A stretch of 64,000 bases of DNA from the NCBI GenBank assembly GCA_017429505.1, contig JAFROW010000010.1, positions 2,996 to 66,995 of the forward strand. Direction: 5' to 3'. Shown here piece after piece: positions 8,981 through 18,174 of the stretch. This DNA is from Clostridia bacterium (lineage in GTDB: Bacteria > Bacillota > Clostridia > TANB77 > CAG-508). The number at the start of each line of letters is the position of its first letter. The first letter of the stretch is position 1. Below the pieces are notes generated by a model. That model was not told the DNA's origin, did not search any database, and worked only from the letters and a program-made list of their open reading frames with translations. The position numbers and the translations under genes are program-made.

Positions 8981-9009
8981 ATTATACCTTAAAAGGAATA
9001 ATATGTCAA
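8981..9009 (-). promoter_or_regulatory. sigma-A promoter for the toxin-antitoxin operon (TTGACA -17- TATAAT)
   Basis: Consensus hexamers on the minus strand. Palindromes CTATCGATAG and GCACCTAAGTGC lie just upstream and are possible operator sites. Confidence 0.55.
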
Positions 9010-9113
9010 TACATTATTTTAAAAATTAAAAAAAAGACACAACTATACATAAGTATAATCATGCCCCTATAATATTATTTACCTATCGATAGCACCTAAG
9101 TGCCATTTTTATC

Positions 9114-9707
9114 TTAATTATTTTGTGTAGCATCTGTAGCACTTGCAGCATTTGCAACTGCTCCATTAAATGGTATAAATTTCTCTACTACACTTGTCTT
9201 TATGTCATCACTTCCCCTAAATAACATAAATGAATTATTAATTTTTGTATCTACTAATTCTTCCATTTCATCTTTATTTGATTGTTCTGCTAAGACTAAT
9301 TCGCTAACTAGAATTTGTTTAGCATTAACTAACATTTTTTTCTCACCTGTTGAAAGTCCTTTTTCTTTTTGTTTAAAACTTAAATTTCTAACAACATCTG
9401 CTATCTCGTAAATGTCTCCACTTTTTAGTTTATCCATATTATCTCTATATCTTTTGTTCCAATTTTTTTCCATTTCTGTTTCATCTTGAGATAATACTGT
9501 AAATACCTTATCTGCTGAAGTTTTATCTATAATATTTCTTACTCCTACTTGTTCTGCCTTATCTACTGGTACCATTACCTTTACTTCACCAGGCATTTTT
9601 AATATATAATATGCTTGTTTTTCCCCTAAAATATCTTTTTCTTCTATTGCATCAATTACTCCTGCTCCGTGCATTGGATATACTATTTTATCTCCTATAT
9701 TAAACAT
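9114..9707 (-). CDS. CarD/CdnL-family transcription regulator (RNA-polymerase-interacting)
   Basis: N-terminal FNIGDKIVYPMHGAGVIDAIEEK matches the CarD_CdnL_TRCF domain. Confidence 0.75.
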   Translation of the reverse strand: MFNIGDKIVYPMHGAGVIDAIEEKDILGEKQAYYILKMPGEVKVMVPVDKAEQVGVRNIIDKTSADKVFTVLSQDETEMEKNWNKRYRDNMDKLKSGDIYEIADVVRNLSFKQKEKGLSTGEKKMLVNAKQILVSELVLAEQSNKDEMEELVDTKINNSFMLFRGSDDIKTSVVEKFIPFNGAVANAASATDATQNN

Positions 9708-9845
9708 TTTTTGTAATCTCCCCTTTCAGCAAATTTTAGGTTACTTTCTTTATGTAACTTACATTTCTATTATACTACAAAATTTGGAAAAAGTCAAAAT
9801 TTTTTTTGTAATTTTTTTGTAAATTTGTATATATTTGGTTAAAAA

Positions 9846-12221
9846 TTATGCCCTTAAGCTAGCTCCTAACTTATTTTCCAAATCTTTAATAATCTTTTCC
9901 ATTGCTGTATTTATCTCTTCATCTGTTAAAGTAGCATTCATTTTTCCAAAATTAAGTGAAAATGCTACACTCTTCTTTTCTTCATCAATTCCTTTACCTG
10001 TGTAGATATCAAATACTTTAACCTCATTCAAAATTGAACCTGCTGATTTTTTTATTTGCATTGCAATTGTTTGAGCTTGCATATCTTTATCTACTACAAC
10101 TGCTAAATCTTTATTAACTGATGGGTATTTTGAAATCTCTTTAAATTTCATTTTTCCAACTTTTTTTGCTAAAAGTTTATCTAAATTAATTTCTAAAACA
10201 TAAACTTCATCTTCGCAAACAGATGGATGAACTTTTCCTATAACTCCTACAATGTCATTATTTACAGAAATGACGGCAGATACACCTGGGTGAAATTCTT
10301 TTGCAATTTTGCTTTCATCTGCAACAAAACTATATCTGTTTTTGTAGCCCAAATAATCTAATATTTCTTCAGCTACTCCCTTAATTATATAGAAATCTAC
10401 AGCTTTTGAATTACCAACCCCTTGATAATACTCCCCAGTCATTAATGCTGCTAAATGTTTTTCTTCTCCGAATTCTTCCCCGTTTTTATAGAATACTTTT
10501 GCAATTTCAAATATAGAAACATCTTTATTATCTCTTGCTTTGTTGTATTCATATATGTTCATTAAAGATGGAAGCATACTATTTCTTAAAGTATTTCTAT
10601 CTTCTGACATTGGGTCTAATAGTTTTATAGATTCATTATCATCTTTTACAAATTCTTTTGCTTCGTCTTCTCCTACCAAAATATATGATAAAGTTTCGTT
10701 TAGTCCAAGTCCAATCATTTTATTTCTAATTTCTCTTGTAGTTCTATCATAAACTCCTCTTTTCATTGGCAATTCTGGAAGAACTCCCTCTATTTTATCT
10801 ACTCCATATATCCTTCCTATTTCTTCATTTAGGTCTTCTTTTATGCTTATATCTATTCTTCTTCTAGGAACTGAAACTATTGCTCCATCAGATGTTTCTT
10901 TATATGTAAAACCTAATTTTCTGAAGGTATCTAGTATGTCTTTTGAAGGAATATTTAGTCCTAAAACTTTATTAATTTCTGAAAATTTCACTTCTATTTC
11001 TTTATTTTCTAATGAAGTAGTGTCATATTTACAAGTTCCGCCAACTACTTCTCCATCTGCATATTCCTCTAACAATTTGCATGCTCTATCCTGTGCCATA
11101 TATGTTCTATTTGAATCTAGTCCTTTTTCAAATCTGTTGCTTGATTCACTTCTAATTAATTCTTTTGAAGTTTTTCTTACCTTTACACCATCAAAGATTG
11201 CCGCTTCTATTATTATATTTTTTGTAGAATCTGTAATTTCTGTATCAAGTCCTCCCATAACTCCTGCCAAACCAATTGCTCTTTTTCCATCTGAAATAAC
11301 AATATTTTCATCATGTAAAGTTCTTTCGATTCCATCTAAAGTAGTTAGCTTTTCGTTCATTTTAGCCATTCTAACTTCTAACATTCCATCTAATTTATCT
11401 GCATCATAAAAATGTAAAGGTTGGCCTGTTTCAAGCATTACATAGTTACTTATATCTACAACATTGTTTATTGGTCTAATACCTGATGCAATTAATCTTG
11501 ATTTTATAAACTGTGGACTTTCTTTTATAGTTACATTTTTAACCTTTTTTGCTAAGAAAATAGAACAATTGTCTGTATTTACTTGAACTTTAAATGTGTC
11601 GTTTATGTCTTCATTATTTTCTTTATGAGATAAATCTATTTCTTTAACAGGTCTATCATAAATTGCGCCAAGTTCATAAGCCATACCTAAAATGCTAAGT
11701 AAATCTCCTCTATTTGCTGTTAATTCAAAATCTATAACTTCATCATCAAGTCCCATGTATTTGATTGGATCTTCTCCAACAGGTGCATCAGCAGGAAATT
11801 CATGTATTCCTGTTTTATCTATTTCATCAACAAATTTACTTTCTATTCCAAGCTCTAGCATTGAGCAAAGCATACCATTAGATTCTTTGCCTCTTATTAC
11901 TCCTTTTTTTATTTCACCACCTGGAAGTTTAGCTCCTGGAAGAGCAACTATAACTTTTAAACCTTTTCTAACATTTGGAGCACCACAAACTATGTCTAGA
12001 ACTTCTTTCCCAATATTTACTTTACATACATGTAAGTGGTCAGAATCAGGATGCTCCTCACATTCTATAACTTCTCCAATTATTAAATTAGTTGCATTTA
12101 CTAGCTTTCCTGCTTCATCATATTCACTACTATGTAATGTCATGTCTTCTGCGATTTGCTTTGCATCTAAACCCTCTGGCAAATCTATATATTCTTTTAC
12201 AAAATTTAAACTAAGTTTCAT
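9846..12221 (-). CDS. pheT: phenylalanine--tRNA ligase beta subunit
   Basis: 791 aa. Conserved N-terminal MKLSLNFVKEYIDLP. B3/4, B5 and FDX-ACB domain order. Immediately downstream region of the T-box-pheS unit. Confidence 0.95.
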   Translation of the reverse strand: MKLSLNFVKEYIDLPEGLDAKQIAEDMTLHSSEYDEAGKLVNATNLIIGEVIECEEHPDSDHLHVCKVNIGKEVLDIVCGAPNVRKGLKVIVALPGAKLPGGEIKKGVIRGKESNGMLCSMLELGIESKFVDEIDKTGIHEFPADAPVGEDPIKYMGLDDEVIDFELTANRGDLLSILGMAYELGAIYDRPVKEIDLSHKENNEDINDTFKVQVNTDNCSIFLAKKVKNVTIKESPQFIKSRLIASGIRPINNVVDISNYVMLETGQPLHFYDADKLDGMLEVRMAKMNEKLTTLDGIERTLHDENIVISDGKRAIGLAGVMGGLDTEITDSTKNIIIEAAIFDGVKVRKTSKELIRSESSNRFEKGLDSNRTYMAQDRACKLLEEYADGEVVGGTCKYDTTSLENKEIEVKFSEINKVLGLNIPSKDILDTFRKLGFTYKETSDGAIVSVPRRRIDISIKEDLNEEIGRIYGVDKIEGVLPELPMKRGVYDRTTREIRNKMIGLGLNETLSYILVGEDEAKEFVKDDNESIKLLDPMSEDRNTLRNSMLPSLMNIYEYNKARDNKDVSIFEIAKVFYKNGEEFGEEKHLAALMTGEYYQGVGNSKAVDFYIIKGVAEEILDYLGYKNRYSFVADESKIAKEFHPGVSAVISVNNDIVGVIGKVHPSVCEDEVYVLEINLDKLLAKKVGKMKFKEISKYPSVNKDLAVVVDKDMQAQTIAMQIKKSAGSILNEVKVFDIYTGKGIDEEKKSVAFSLNFGKMNATLTDEEINTAMEKIIKDLENKLGASLRA

Positions 12222-12873
12222 TTTTCAAATCCTCACTTTCTTTTGGTAATTTTATTTTTTTTAATATATATATTGATGATATTAATAATATTATTTCCTC
12301 AATATTATTGAATGCATATGTAATATTGTATAATATTACATTACTTACTTCTCCTTCCAAAGAACAAACTATTCCAACAGAAATATTATGTATAGTATGG
12401 ATTATTGCACATCCTAGCCAGTTTTCTGTTTTCATATATATACTACCTAAATAAATTCCTGCTATACAGGTTGACCACATTTGCATAATTATCTCCGATT
12501 TAGAATAATCTGAAACAGCATTTACAAGATGAAACAATGAAAAAATTATACTTGATACTATAATTGTAATAATAGCATCTTTCTTGGTTTTATTAGTTGC
12601 ATCATATATACTTTTTTGTATTATAACTCTAAAAATTAATTCTTCAATTGTTGCAAATAAAAAGATTCTTAATACTAAAAAAATCAACTCATAACTATTG
12701 TAATCTCTTGTTAAATTTGAAATCCACCCAAAAGAAAATCCATTTAAAATAATATTTACTACTGATAATACAATTAAAACTATTCCAATCTTTAAAGTTT
12801 TAATAAGATTCCCTTTTAGTTTTAAATCATTAATTTTAACATGCAATATATTATTAATAACCTTTTTTAACAT
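12211..12873 (-). CDS. CPBP-family (CAAX protease / Abi) intramembrane metalloprotease
   Basis: EELIFRVIIQ and FSLFHL motifs in a multi-pass membrane protein. Confidence 0.7.
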   Translation of the reverse strand: MLKKVINNILHVKINDLKLKGNLIKTLKIGIVLIVLSVVNIILNGFSFGWISNLTRDYNSYELIFLVLRIFLFATIEELIFRVIIQKSIYDATNKTKKDAIITIIVSSIIFSLFHLVNAVSDYSKSEIIMQMWSTCIAGIYLGSIYMKTENWLGCAIIHTIHNISVGIVCSLEGEVSNVILYNITYAFNNIEEIILLISSIYILKKIKLPKESEDLKNET

Positions 12874-12896
12874 TTAATTTCTCCTCTCATTTATTT

Positions 12897-13841
12897 TTAG
12901 CTTCTGCTTTTAATCAATATCTCAGGACTATTTGTTATTATTCCATCTAAATCATATTTTAATAATGCATTTAAATCATCTTCTGTACTCGGAGTCCAAA
13001 CATTTACACCTATACCTCTTTTATGCATTTCATTTACTAAATCTTCATTTTCAAAACATTTTTCAAATGGTGCATGGACATAATCAACCTTAAAATCTAA
13101 TTTTTGAACATATCTTAAAAGGTCATCTTGTTGTTCGATTTCATCTATAATTTCTCCTATTTTAAGTCCATTGTATACAGCAGTTTTCGAAAATACTGAA
13201 TTCCATATTTTTGAAATAATTTCTATTTCATTTGCGCCTAGCTCATCTAATTTTGATTTATTTTCTGGTAATTTAATATCTTGTTTTGTAACTTCATTAA
13301 TTATCATATCATTTGGCAAAAACTCCAACATTTTTCTTGAAATTTCTCTCCATGTTAATATCCCTATGCGAATTTTCGGGTTATATTTTTTCATTTTTCT
13401 TAAAAGTCTTTTGTCAAATGCTGAAATAATAATTTTATCAATTAACCCTGATTTCATAACTGAATCTGCTACCATTTCTACATATGGAATATTTTTATCC
13501 ATTGGCGCTTTTAGTTCTATATTTATTACCTTAAAGTCTTTTGCAATTTCAAATAACTCGTCTAATGTTGGAATTCTTTCTCCTTTAAATTCCTCACCTT
13601 TACATATTCCAAAATCAAACTTTTTCAACTCTTCTAAAGAAAAAATGTCTATTCGTCCGCTTCCATTTGAATTAGCATCTATTGTGTAATTATGATGCAA
13701 AACCATTTTTCCATCTTTTGTAAGTTGTACATCTGTTTCTATTCCATCAGCTCCAATTTCTTTGGCTTTTTTAAATGAAGATAATGTATTTTCGGGTGCT
13801 AATTTATTTGCTCCTCTATGTGCAATAATTAAAGTTTCCAT
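12897..13841 (-). CDS. glycerophosphodiester phosphodiesterase (GDPD family)
   Basis: N-terminal IIAHRGANKLAPENTLSSFKKAKEIGADGIETDVQLTKDGKMVLHHN catalytic motif. Confidence 0.85.
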   Translation of the reverse strand: METLIIAHRGANKLAPENTLSSFKKAKEIGADGIETDVQLTKDGKMVLHHNYTIDANSNGSGRIDIFSLEELKKFDFGICKGEEFKGERIPTLDELFEIAKDFKVINIELKAPMDKNIPYVEMVADSVMKSGLIDKIIISAFDKRLLRKMKKYNPKIRIGILTWREISRKMLEFLPNDMIINEVTKQDIKLPENKSKLDELGANEIEIISKIWNSVFSKTAVYNGLKIGEIIDEIEQQDDLLRYVQKLDFKVDYVHAPFEKCFENEDLVNEMHKRGIGVNVWTPSTEDDLNALLKYDLDGIITNSPEILIKSRS

Positions 13842-13852
13842 CGATTTTCCTC

Positions 13853-14893
13853 CTAATCTATGTCCATTTGATCAAATTGTTTTAAAAATCTCACATCATT
13901 TCTATACAAATATCTCATATCTGTAATTCCATATTTGAACATTGCTAAACGGTCAAGTCCTGTTCCAAATGCAAAACCAGTATATTTTTCCGGATCATAT
14001 CCATTCATTTTTAAAACATTTGGATGAACCATTCCTGCACCTAAAAGCTCAATCCATCCTGTTTGTTTACAAAGATTACATCCTTTTCCACCACATTTAA
14101 AACAAGATACATCGACCTCATAACTTGGCTCTGTAAATGGGAAATAACTTGGTCTAAATCTAAGTTCTGTTTTTTCTCCAAGTAGCTTTCTCATAAATAC
14201 TTCAAGTGTGCCTTTTAAATGTGCAAGTGTAATATTTTCATCTATTACTAATCCTTCCACTTGATTAAATTGATGTGAATGTGTTGCATCATCTTCTCTT
14301 CTATATGTCTTTCCTGGAACAATGATTCTTATTGGTGTTTTTTCTGTATTTGCCAACATTGCTCTAGCTTGAACTGATGATGTTTGAGTTCTTAAAAGAT
14401 ACTCTGTTGTAATATAGAAGCTATCTTGCATATCTCTTGCTGGATGCCCTTTTGGAAGATTTAATCTTTCAAAACAATACTCATCTGTTTCAAGTTCCGG
14501 TCCATCTACAACATCATATCCCATTGAAACAAATAGGTCTTCTATTTCTTCAATTACTCTGTTTAGTGGGTGTTTACTTCCTCTAGTAACTTTAGTGCTA
14601 GGTAATGTTACATCTACTTTTTCTTCTTTTAATTTTCTTTGTAATTCTTTTTCTGCAAATTGTTTTTCTTTTTCTGTAATAAGGTTTTCTAGCTCTTCTT
14701 TGTATTTATTTACCATTCCACCAATAATTGGTCTTTGCTCGCTTGACAAATCTTTCATTCCTCTTAAAACTGCTGTAAATTCACCTTTTTTACCTAAATA
14801 CTTTACACGAATGTCGTATAAAGCATTTGCATTTTGTGCATTTCCAATTTCTTTTATTGCATTTTCTGCAATATTTTTAATTTGTTCTTCCAT
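13853..14893 (-). CDS. pheS: phenylalanine--tRNA ligase alpha subunit
   Basis: Class II aaRS motifs (FRPSYFPFTEPS, GAGMVHPNVL). 346 aa. A T-box leader lies immediately upstream. Confidence 0.95.
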   Translation of the reverse strand: MEEQIKNIAENAIKEIGNAQNANALYDIRVKYLGKKGEFTAVLRGMKDLSSEQRPIIGGMVNKYKEELENLITEKEKQFAEKELQRKLKEEKVDVTLPSTKVTRGSKHPLNRVIEEIEDLFVSMGYDVVDGPELETDEYCFERLNLPKGHPARDMQDSFYITTEYLLRTQTSSVQARAMLANTEKTPIRIIVPGKTYRREDDATHSHQFNQVEGLVIDENITLAHLKGTLEVFMRKLLGEKTELRFRPSYFPFTEPSYEVDVSCFKCGGKGCNLCKQTGWIELLGAGMVHPNVLKMNGYDPEKYTGFAFGTGLDRLAMFKYGITDMRYLYRNDVRFLKQFDQMDID

Positions 14894-14949
14894 ACTATTT
14901 GCTCCTTTCTGTGGTTACTTTTTGGGACGGAGGAAAAAAGTAACCTTAA

Positions 14950-15257
14950 ACCCTAAAAAAATCCATTTCACCCTATTTTATATATAGGACGAAATGGATT
15001 CATATTTCCGTGGTACCACCTAATTTTATCAAAATTTATTGACCTCATTTATAGCTTTAACGTTGCAACCGCCTCTTACTAATTTCTTGCGATTTAATAA
15101 AAGGTCCTAAAAAGTGAAATTTCTGCATATTATTTTGAAGGTTTCCAGCCTAAGCCCTTCTCTCTGTAACATATTATTTTGTATAACAAGAGTTTTTTGC
15201 TCTCTTATTATACTAATATACATACTTTGCTTTTTAATTGGATTTCTCAATTAATAT
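14950..15257 (-). promoter_or_regulatory. T-box riboswitch leader of pheST. Specifier region contains UUC (Phe); T-box motif at 15005..15030
   Basis: Minus strand carries AAATTAGGTGGTACCACGG (T-box consensus), an AGAGA motif and CCUUCAAAA in the stem I region. Terminator hairpin aatccatttc...gaaatggatt + UUUUUUU at 14954..15000. Confidence 0.8.
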
Positions 15258-15263
15258 GTATAT

Positions 15264-15292
15264 ATAATACCATATTTTGGTTAAGTTTTCAA
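15264..15292 (-). promoter_or_regulatory. promoter of the pheST T-box leader (TTGAAA -17- TGgTATTAT, extended -10)
   Basis: Hexamers read on the minus strand with a 17-nt spacer and a TGn extension. Confidence 0.6.
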
Positions 15293-15344
15293 GAGTTTTT
15301 TTAAATTTTCTTGGACAAAAGAACCGTCCCTTTGTCTAATTCAA

Positions 15345-16121
15345 TTATGATCCAGTGGATTCATAATGTTTAACACCTATTTTCCATATATAAATACATA
15401 TTACAAAAAATAAAGCTGTTCCTAATGGAGTTATTCCATAATACCAATTATCTGATTTTCCAAATAAAAACATTACAGGAAAATAGTTTACAAGTCCAAA
15501 TGGTACTATATAAGTGAAAATTCTTCTAAACCATTTTTCGTAAATATTGATCGGATATTGTGCGACTTTTTTTCCTCCTTCTGATAATATATTCATAAAT
15601 TCCAATCCATTAATTGTCCAAAAACAAAATGTTGCTCTTAGCACAAATACGCTTAAAAAAATCATAAAGCAACCTACGTTCATCAAAATAAATACCAATA
15701 CCTTGTATATAGTCCAATCTATATGTATTTTTAAAAGTGCTATCACAATTACTAATATAGCTTGAATCATTCTACCTAATTTAGATAAATCAAATTCCAT
15801 ACTAGTTGCCTGTATTAAAAGATTTTGTGGTCTAACTAACAGCCTATCAAAATCTCCTTTTCTTATAGTATCATCAAAATGGTCTAACCCTCTTAAAAAC
15901 ATTTCTGCAACAGAGAAGTTAAAGTAAACTAATCCAAATAAAAATGCTACTTGATAGAAATTCCAATCCCCTATTTGACTAAAATTTAAAAATAAAAAAT
16001 ACACAGCTATTATCAAAAAAAATGTAACTAAAAAACTTCCTATTGTAGAAATTATAAATGCTTTTCTATATTCAAGTTGTGATTTTATATTCATTAGAAT
16101 TGTTTTAAAATATATTTTCAT
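15345..16121 (-). CDS. ABC-2 family transporter permease
   Basis: 258-aa six-TM protein, paired with a paralog and an ABC ATPase. Confidence 0.6.
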   Translation of the reverse strand: MKIYFKTILMNIKSQLEYRKAFIISTIGSFLVTFFLIIAVYFLFLNFSQIGDWNFYQVAFLFGLVYFNFSVAEMFLRGLDHFDDTIRKGDFDRLLVRPQNLLIQATSMEFDLSKLGRMIQAILVIVIALLKIHIDWTIYKVLVFILMNVGCFMIFLSVFVLRATFCFWTINGLEFMNILSEGGKKVAQYPINIYEKWFRRIFTYIVPFGLVNYFPVMFLFGKSDNWYYGITPLGTALFFVICIYIWKIGVKHYESTGS

Positions 16122-16128
16122 TTAAAAT

Positions 16129-16926
16129 CTACCCTCCTTGAATTACTACTTTCTTTAAAATTTTGTTTAACAATATATTTCCCAATATAATTAGAACTAC
16201 AATCCAAACCACTTGAAAACTCATGAGTTTTAGTCCATCTAAAACATTAATATTTCCAGTATAAATTCTAAAAGGTAAATCTGTTGCTAAGCTTATAGGT
16301 AGTAAATAGCATATTTTTTGCCATATACTTGGCATAAGTGCAATTGGAATAAATCCTCCTCCAAAAAATTCAAGTACTCCATAAAAAATTGACATTGTTC
16401 CTTTAGATGTCATAGTGTAAAAAATACTAATATAGAAAAGATTTATTATTGCAGACATTATAAACATTCCAACAAAAAGAGAGAATCCGAACAATACTAA
16501 TGCTAAAAAACTAACAGGTCCATTAAGATTAATTCCCGCTGGCAATAATGGAGTAATTATTAAAAGAGGTATACATTTTAGTAGAGCTAATGCTAATCTT
16601 GATGAAATAGTTTTTGAAAACCAAATCCAATATAAATCAATAGGCTTTATCATTTCATAAGAAATATTTCCATTCTCTATAGATGACTTTATTTCTCCAT
16701 CTGTAACATGATTAATTAATGAATAAAATGCCTGTCTTAACCATACATAAGAAACTAATTGTTCTAACGAAATTGTAGTTCCTGAAGCATTTTCATAAAA
16801 AGCTATATATATTAATATTTGCATCATTCCCCAAAAAAATTGTGTGCACATTCCTGCAATTGCCGAAGCTCTATATTGTAAAGCCACATTAAATCTTAAT
16901 TTAAAATATGACATATATTTTTTCAT
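16129..16926 (-). CDS. ABC-2 family transporter permease (second subunit)
   Basis: 265-aa multi-pass membrane protein between the ATPase and the other permease. Confidence 0.6.
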   Translation of the reverse strand: MKKYMSYFKLRFNVALQYRASAIAGMCTQFFWGMMQILIYIAFYENASGTTISLEQLVSYVWLRQAFYSLINHVTDGEIKSSIENGNISYEMIKPIDLYWIWFSKTISSRLALALLKCIPLLIITPLLPAGINLNGPVSFLALVLFGFSLFVGMFIMSAIINLFYISIFYTMTSKGTMSIFYGVLEFFGGGFIPIALMPSIWQKICYLLPISLATDLPFRIYTGNINVLDGLKLMSFQVVWIVVLIILGNILLNKILKKVVIQGG

Positions 16927-17025
16927 TTAAAAAACTGTTCCTTTCGCTCACATATATTTTTTCATTTAACTATTTGTTTTTTATCGCGTATATTTTTTCT
17001 TTTAACTATTCTTTTCTTTCATTTC

Positions 17026-18027
17026 TTAAATTTTTAGTTCATTATAAAGTTTTGCAATTATGTCATCTGTAGACATTTCTTCAATGTTCATATCTACTAA
17101 TTCAACTTGATTTGTTATTTCATTTAAAATATTTGCCATTAATTCTTCTTTATTCTTTAACACAACACTTGCAGTTTCTTCTGTTTGCTCAATAACATCT
17201 GCATTTTGTAGCTTAATCTTTTTGTTTGTATACTTGAACTTTATATTTATTTTTTTATTGCCGTTATATTTATTCTTAATTCTTTTTAGACTTCCATCAT
17301 ATAGAATTTTACCTTTTCCAATTAAAATAATTCTTTTAGTTAATGCTTCTATATCTTGCATATCATGAGTTGTAAGAATTATTGTAATTTTTGTTTTTTC
17401 ATTAATTTGCTTAATGCATTTTCTAAGTGCTAATTTAGATACGGCATCTAACCCAATTGTTGGCTCATCCAAAAATAATACTTTAGGATTATGTAATAAT
17501 GCGCTTGCAATTTCACATCTCATTCTTTGCCCTAAACTCAATTGTCTAGTAGGTATATTTAAAATATCATCTAGATTTAAATATTCTTTAAGTTCACTTA
17601 ACTTTTTTTCATATTCAGCTTGAGGAATTTCGTAAATATCCTTTAAAAGCTCAAATGAATCAATCGGAGGAACATCCCACCATAATCCAGACCTTTGGCC
17701 AAATACTACTCCTATATTTTTTACATATTTTTTTCTATCTTTCCAAGGAACATATCCATTTACTATACATTCACCAGATGTTGGAACTAATATTCCAGCC
17801 ATTATTTTAATGGTTGTTGATTTACCTGCTCCATTAGGTCCAATGTATCCAACAATTTCTCCTTCTTTAATTGAAAAATTAATATCTTCTAAACTATTTA
17901 TCACTTGATATTTCCTTTTAAAAAATGATTTAATTGCATTTTTTAATCCCGCTTCTCTCTTAGCTATTTTGAAGCTTTTTGAAATATGCTTAACTGTAAT
18001 TATGTTCTCTTCCATATTTACTGACAT
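17026..18027 (-). CDS. ABC transporter ATP-binding protein (with a C-terminal extension)
   Basis: Walker A GPNGAGKST, signature LSLGQRMR, Walker B LFLDEPT. Confidence 0.9.
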   Translation of the reverse strand: MSVNMEENIITVKHISKSFKIAKREAGLKNAIKSFFKRKYQVINSLEDINFSIKEGEIVGYIGPNGAGKSTTIKIMAGILVPTSGECIVNGYVPWKDRKKYVKNIGVVFGQRSGLWWDVPPIDSFELLKDIYEIPQAEYEKKLSELKEYLNLDDILNIPTRQLSLGQRMRCEIASALLHNPKVLFLDEPTIGLDAVSKLALRKCIKQINEKTKITIILTTHDMQDIEALTKRIILIGKGKILYDGSLKRIKNKYNGNKKINIKFKYTNKKIKLQNADVIEQTEETASVVLKNKEELMANILNEITNQVELVDMNIEEMSTDDIIAKLYNELKI

Positions 18028-18174
18028 TCCTTTCTTTCAGGGCGCAAAATTTGACTAAAAAATAATCGTTTTTACAATTATTTTTCAAACTTAATTCTCC
18101 TTTTTTCGGCAAACGCCCCTTTTTCCCCACCAAGAAGATGGACAAAAGAGTCATTCCTTTGTACACATTTCTTT

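Noticed and set aside
8599-8982. Annotating the toxin from the first Met (127 aa)
   Set aside because: The first ATG has no RBS, since the upstream sequence is the -10 box. M11 has an AAGGAG RBS at ideal spacing and matches family start positions, so the start is set to 8952.
18028-18174. Possible terminator or RNA element between the ABC ATPase start and the upstream gene end (GC-richer ggcaaacgcccc block)
   Set aside because: No convincing stem plus U-run could be drawn on either strand. Left unannotated.
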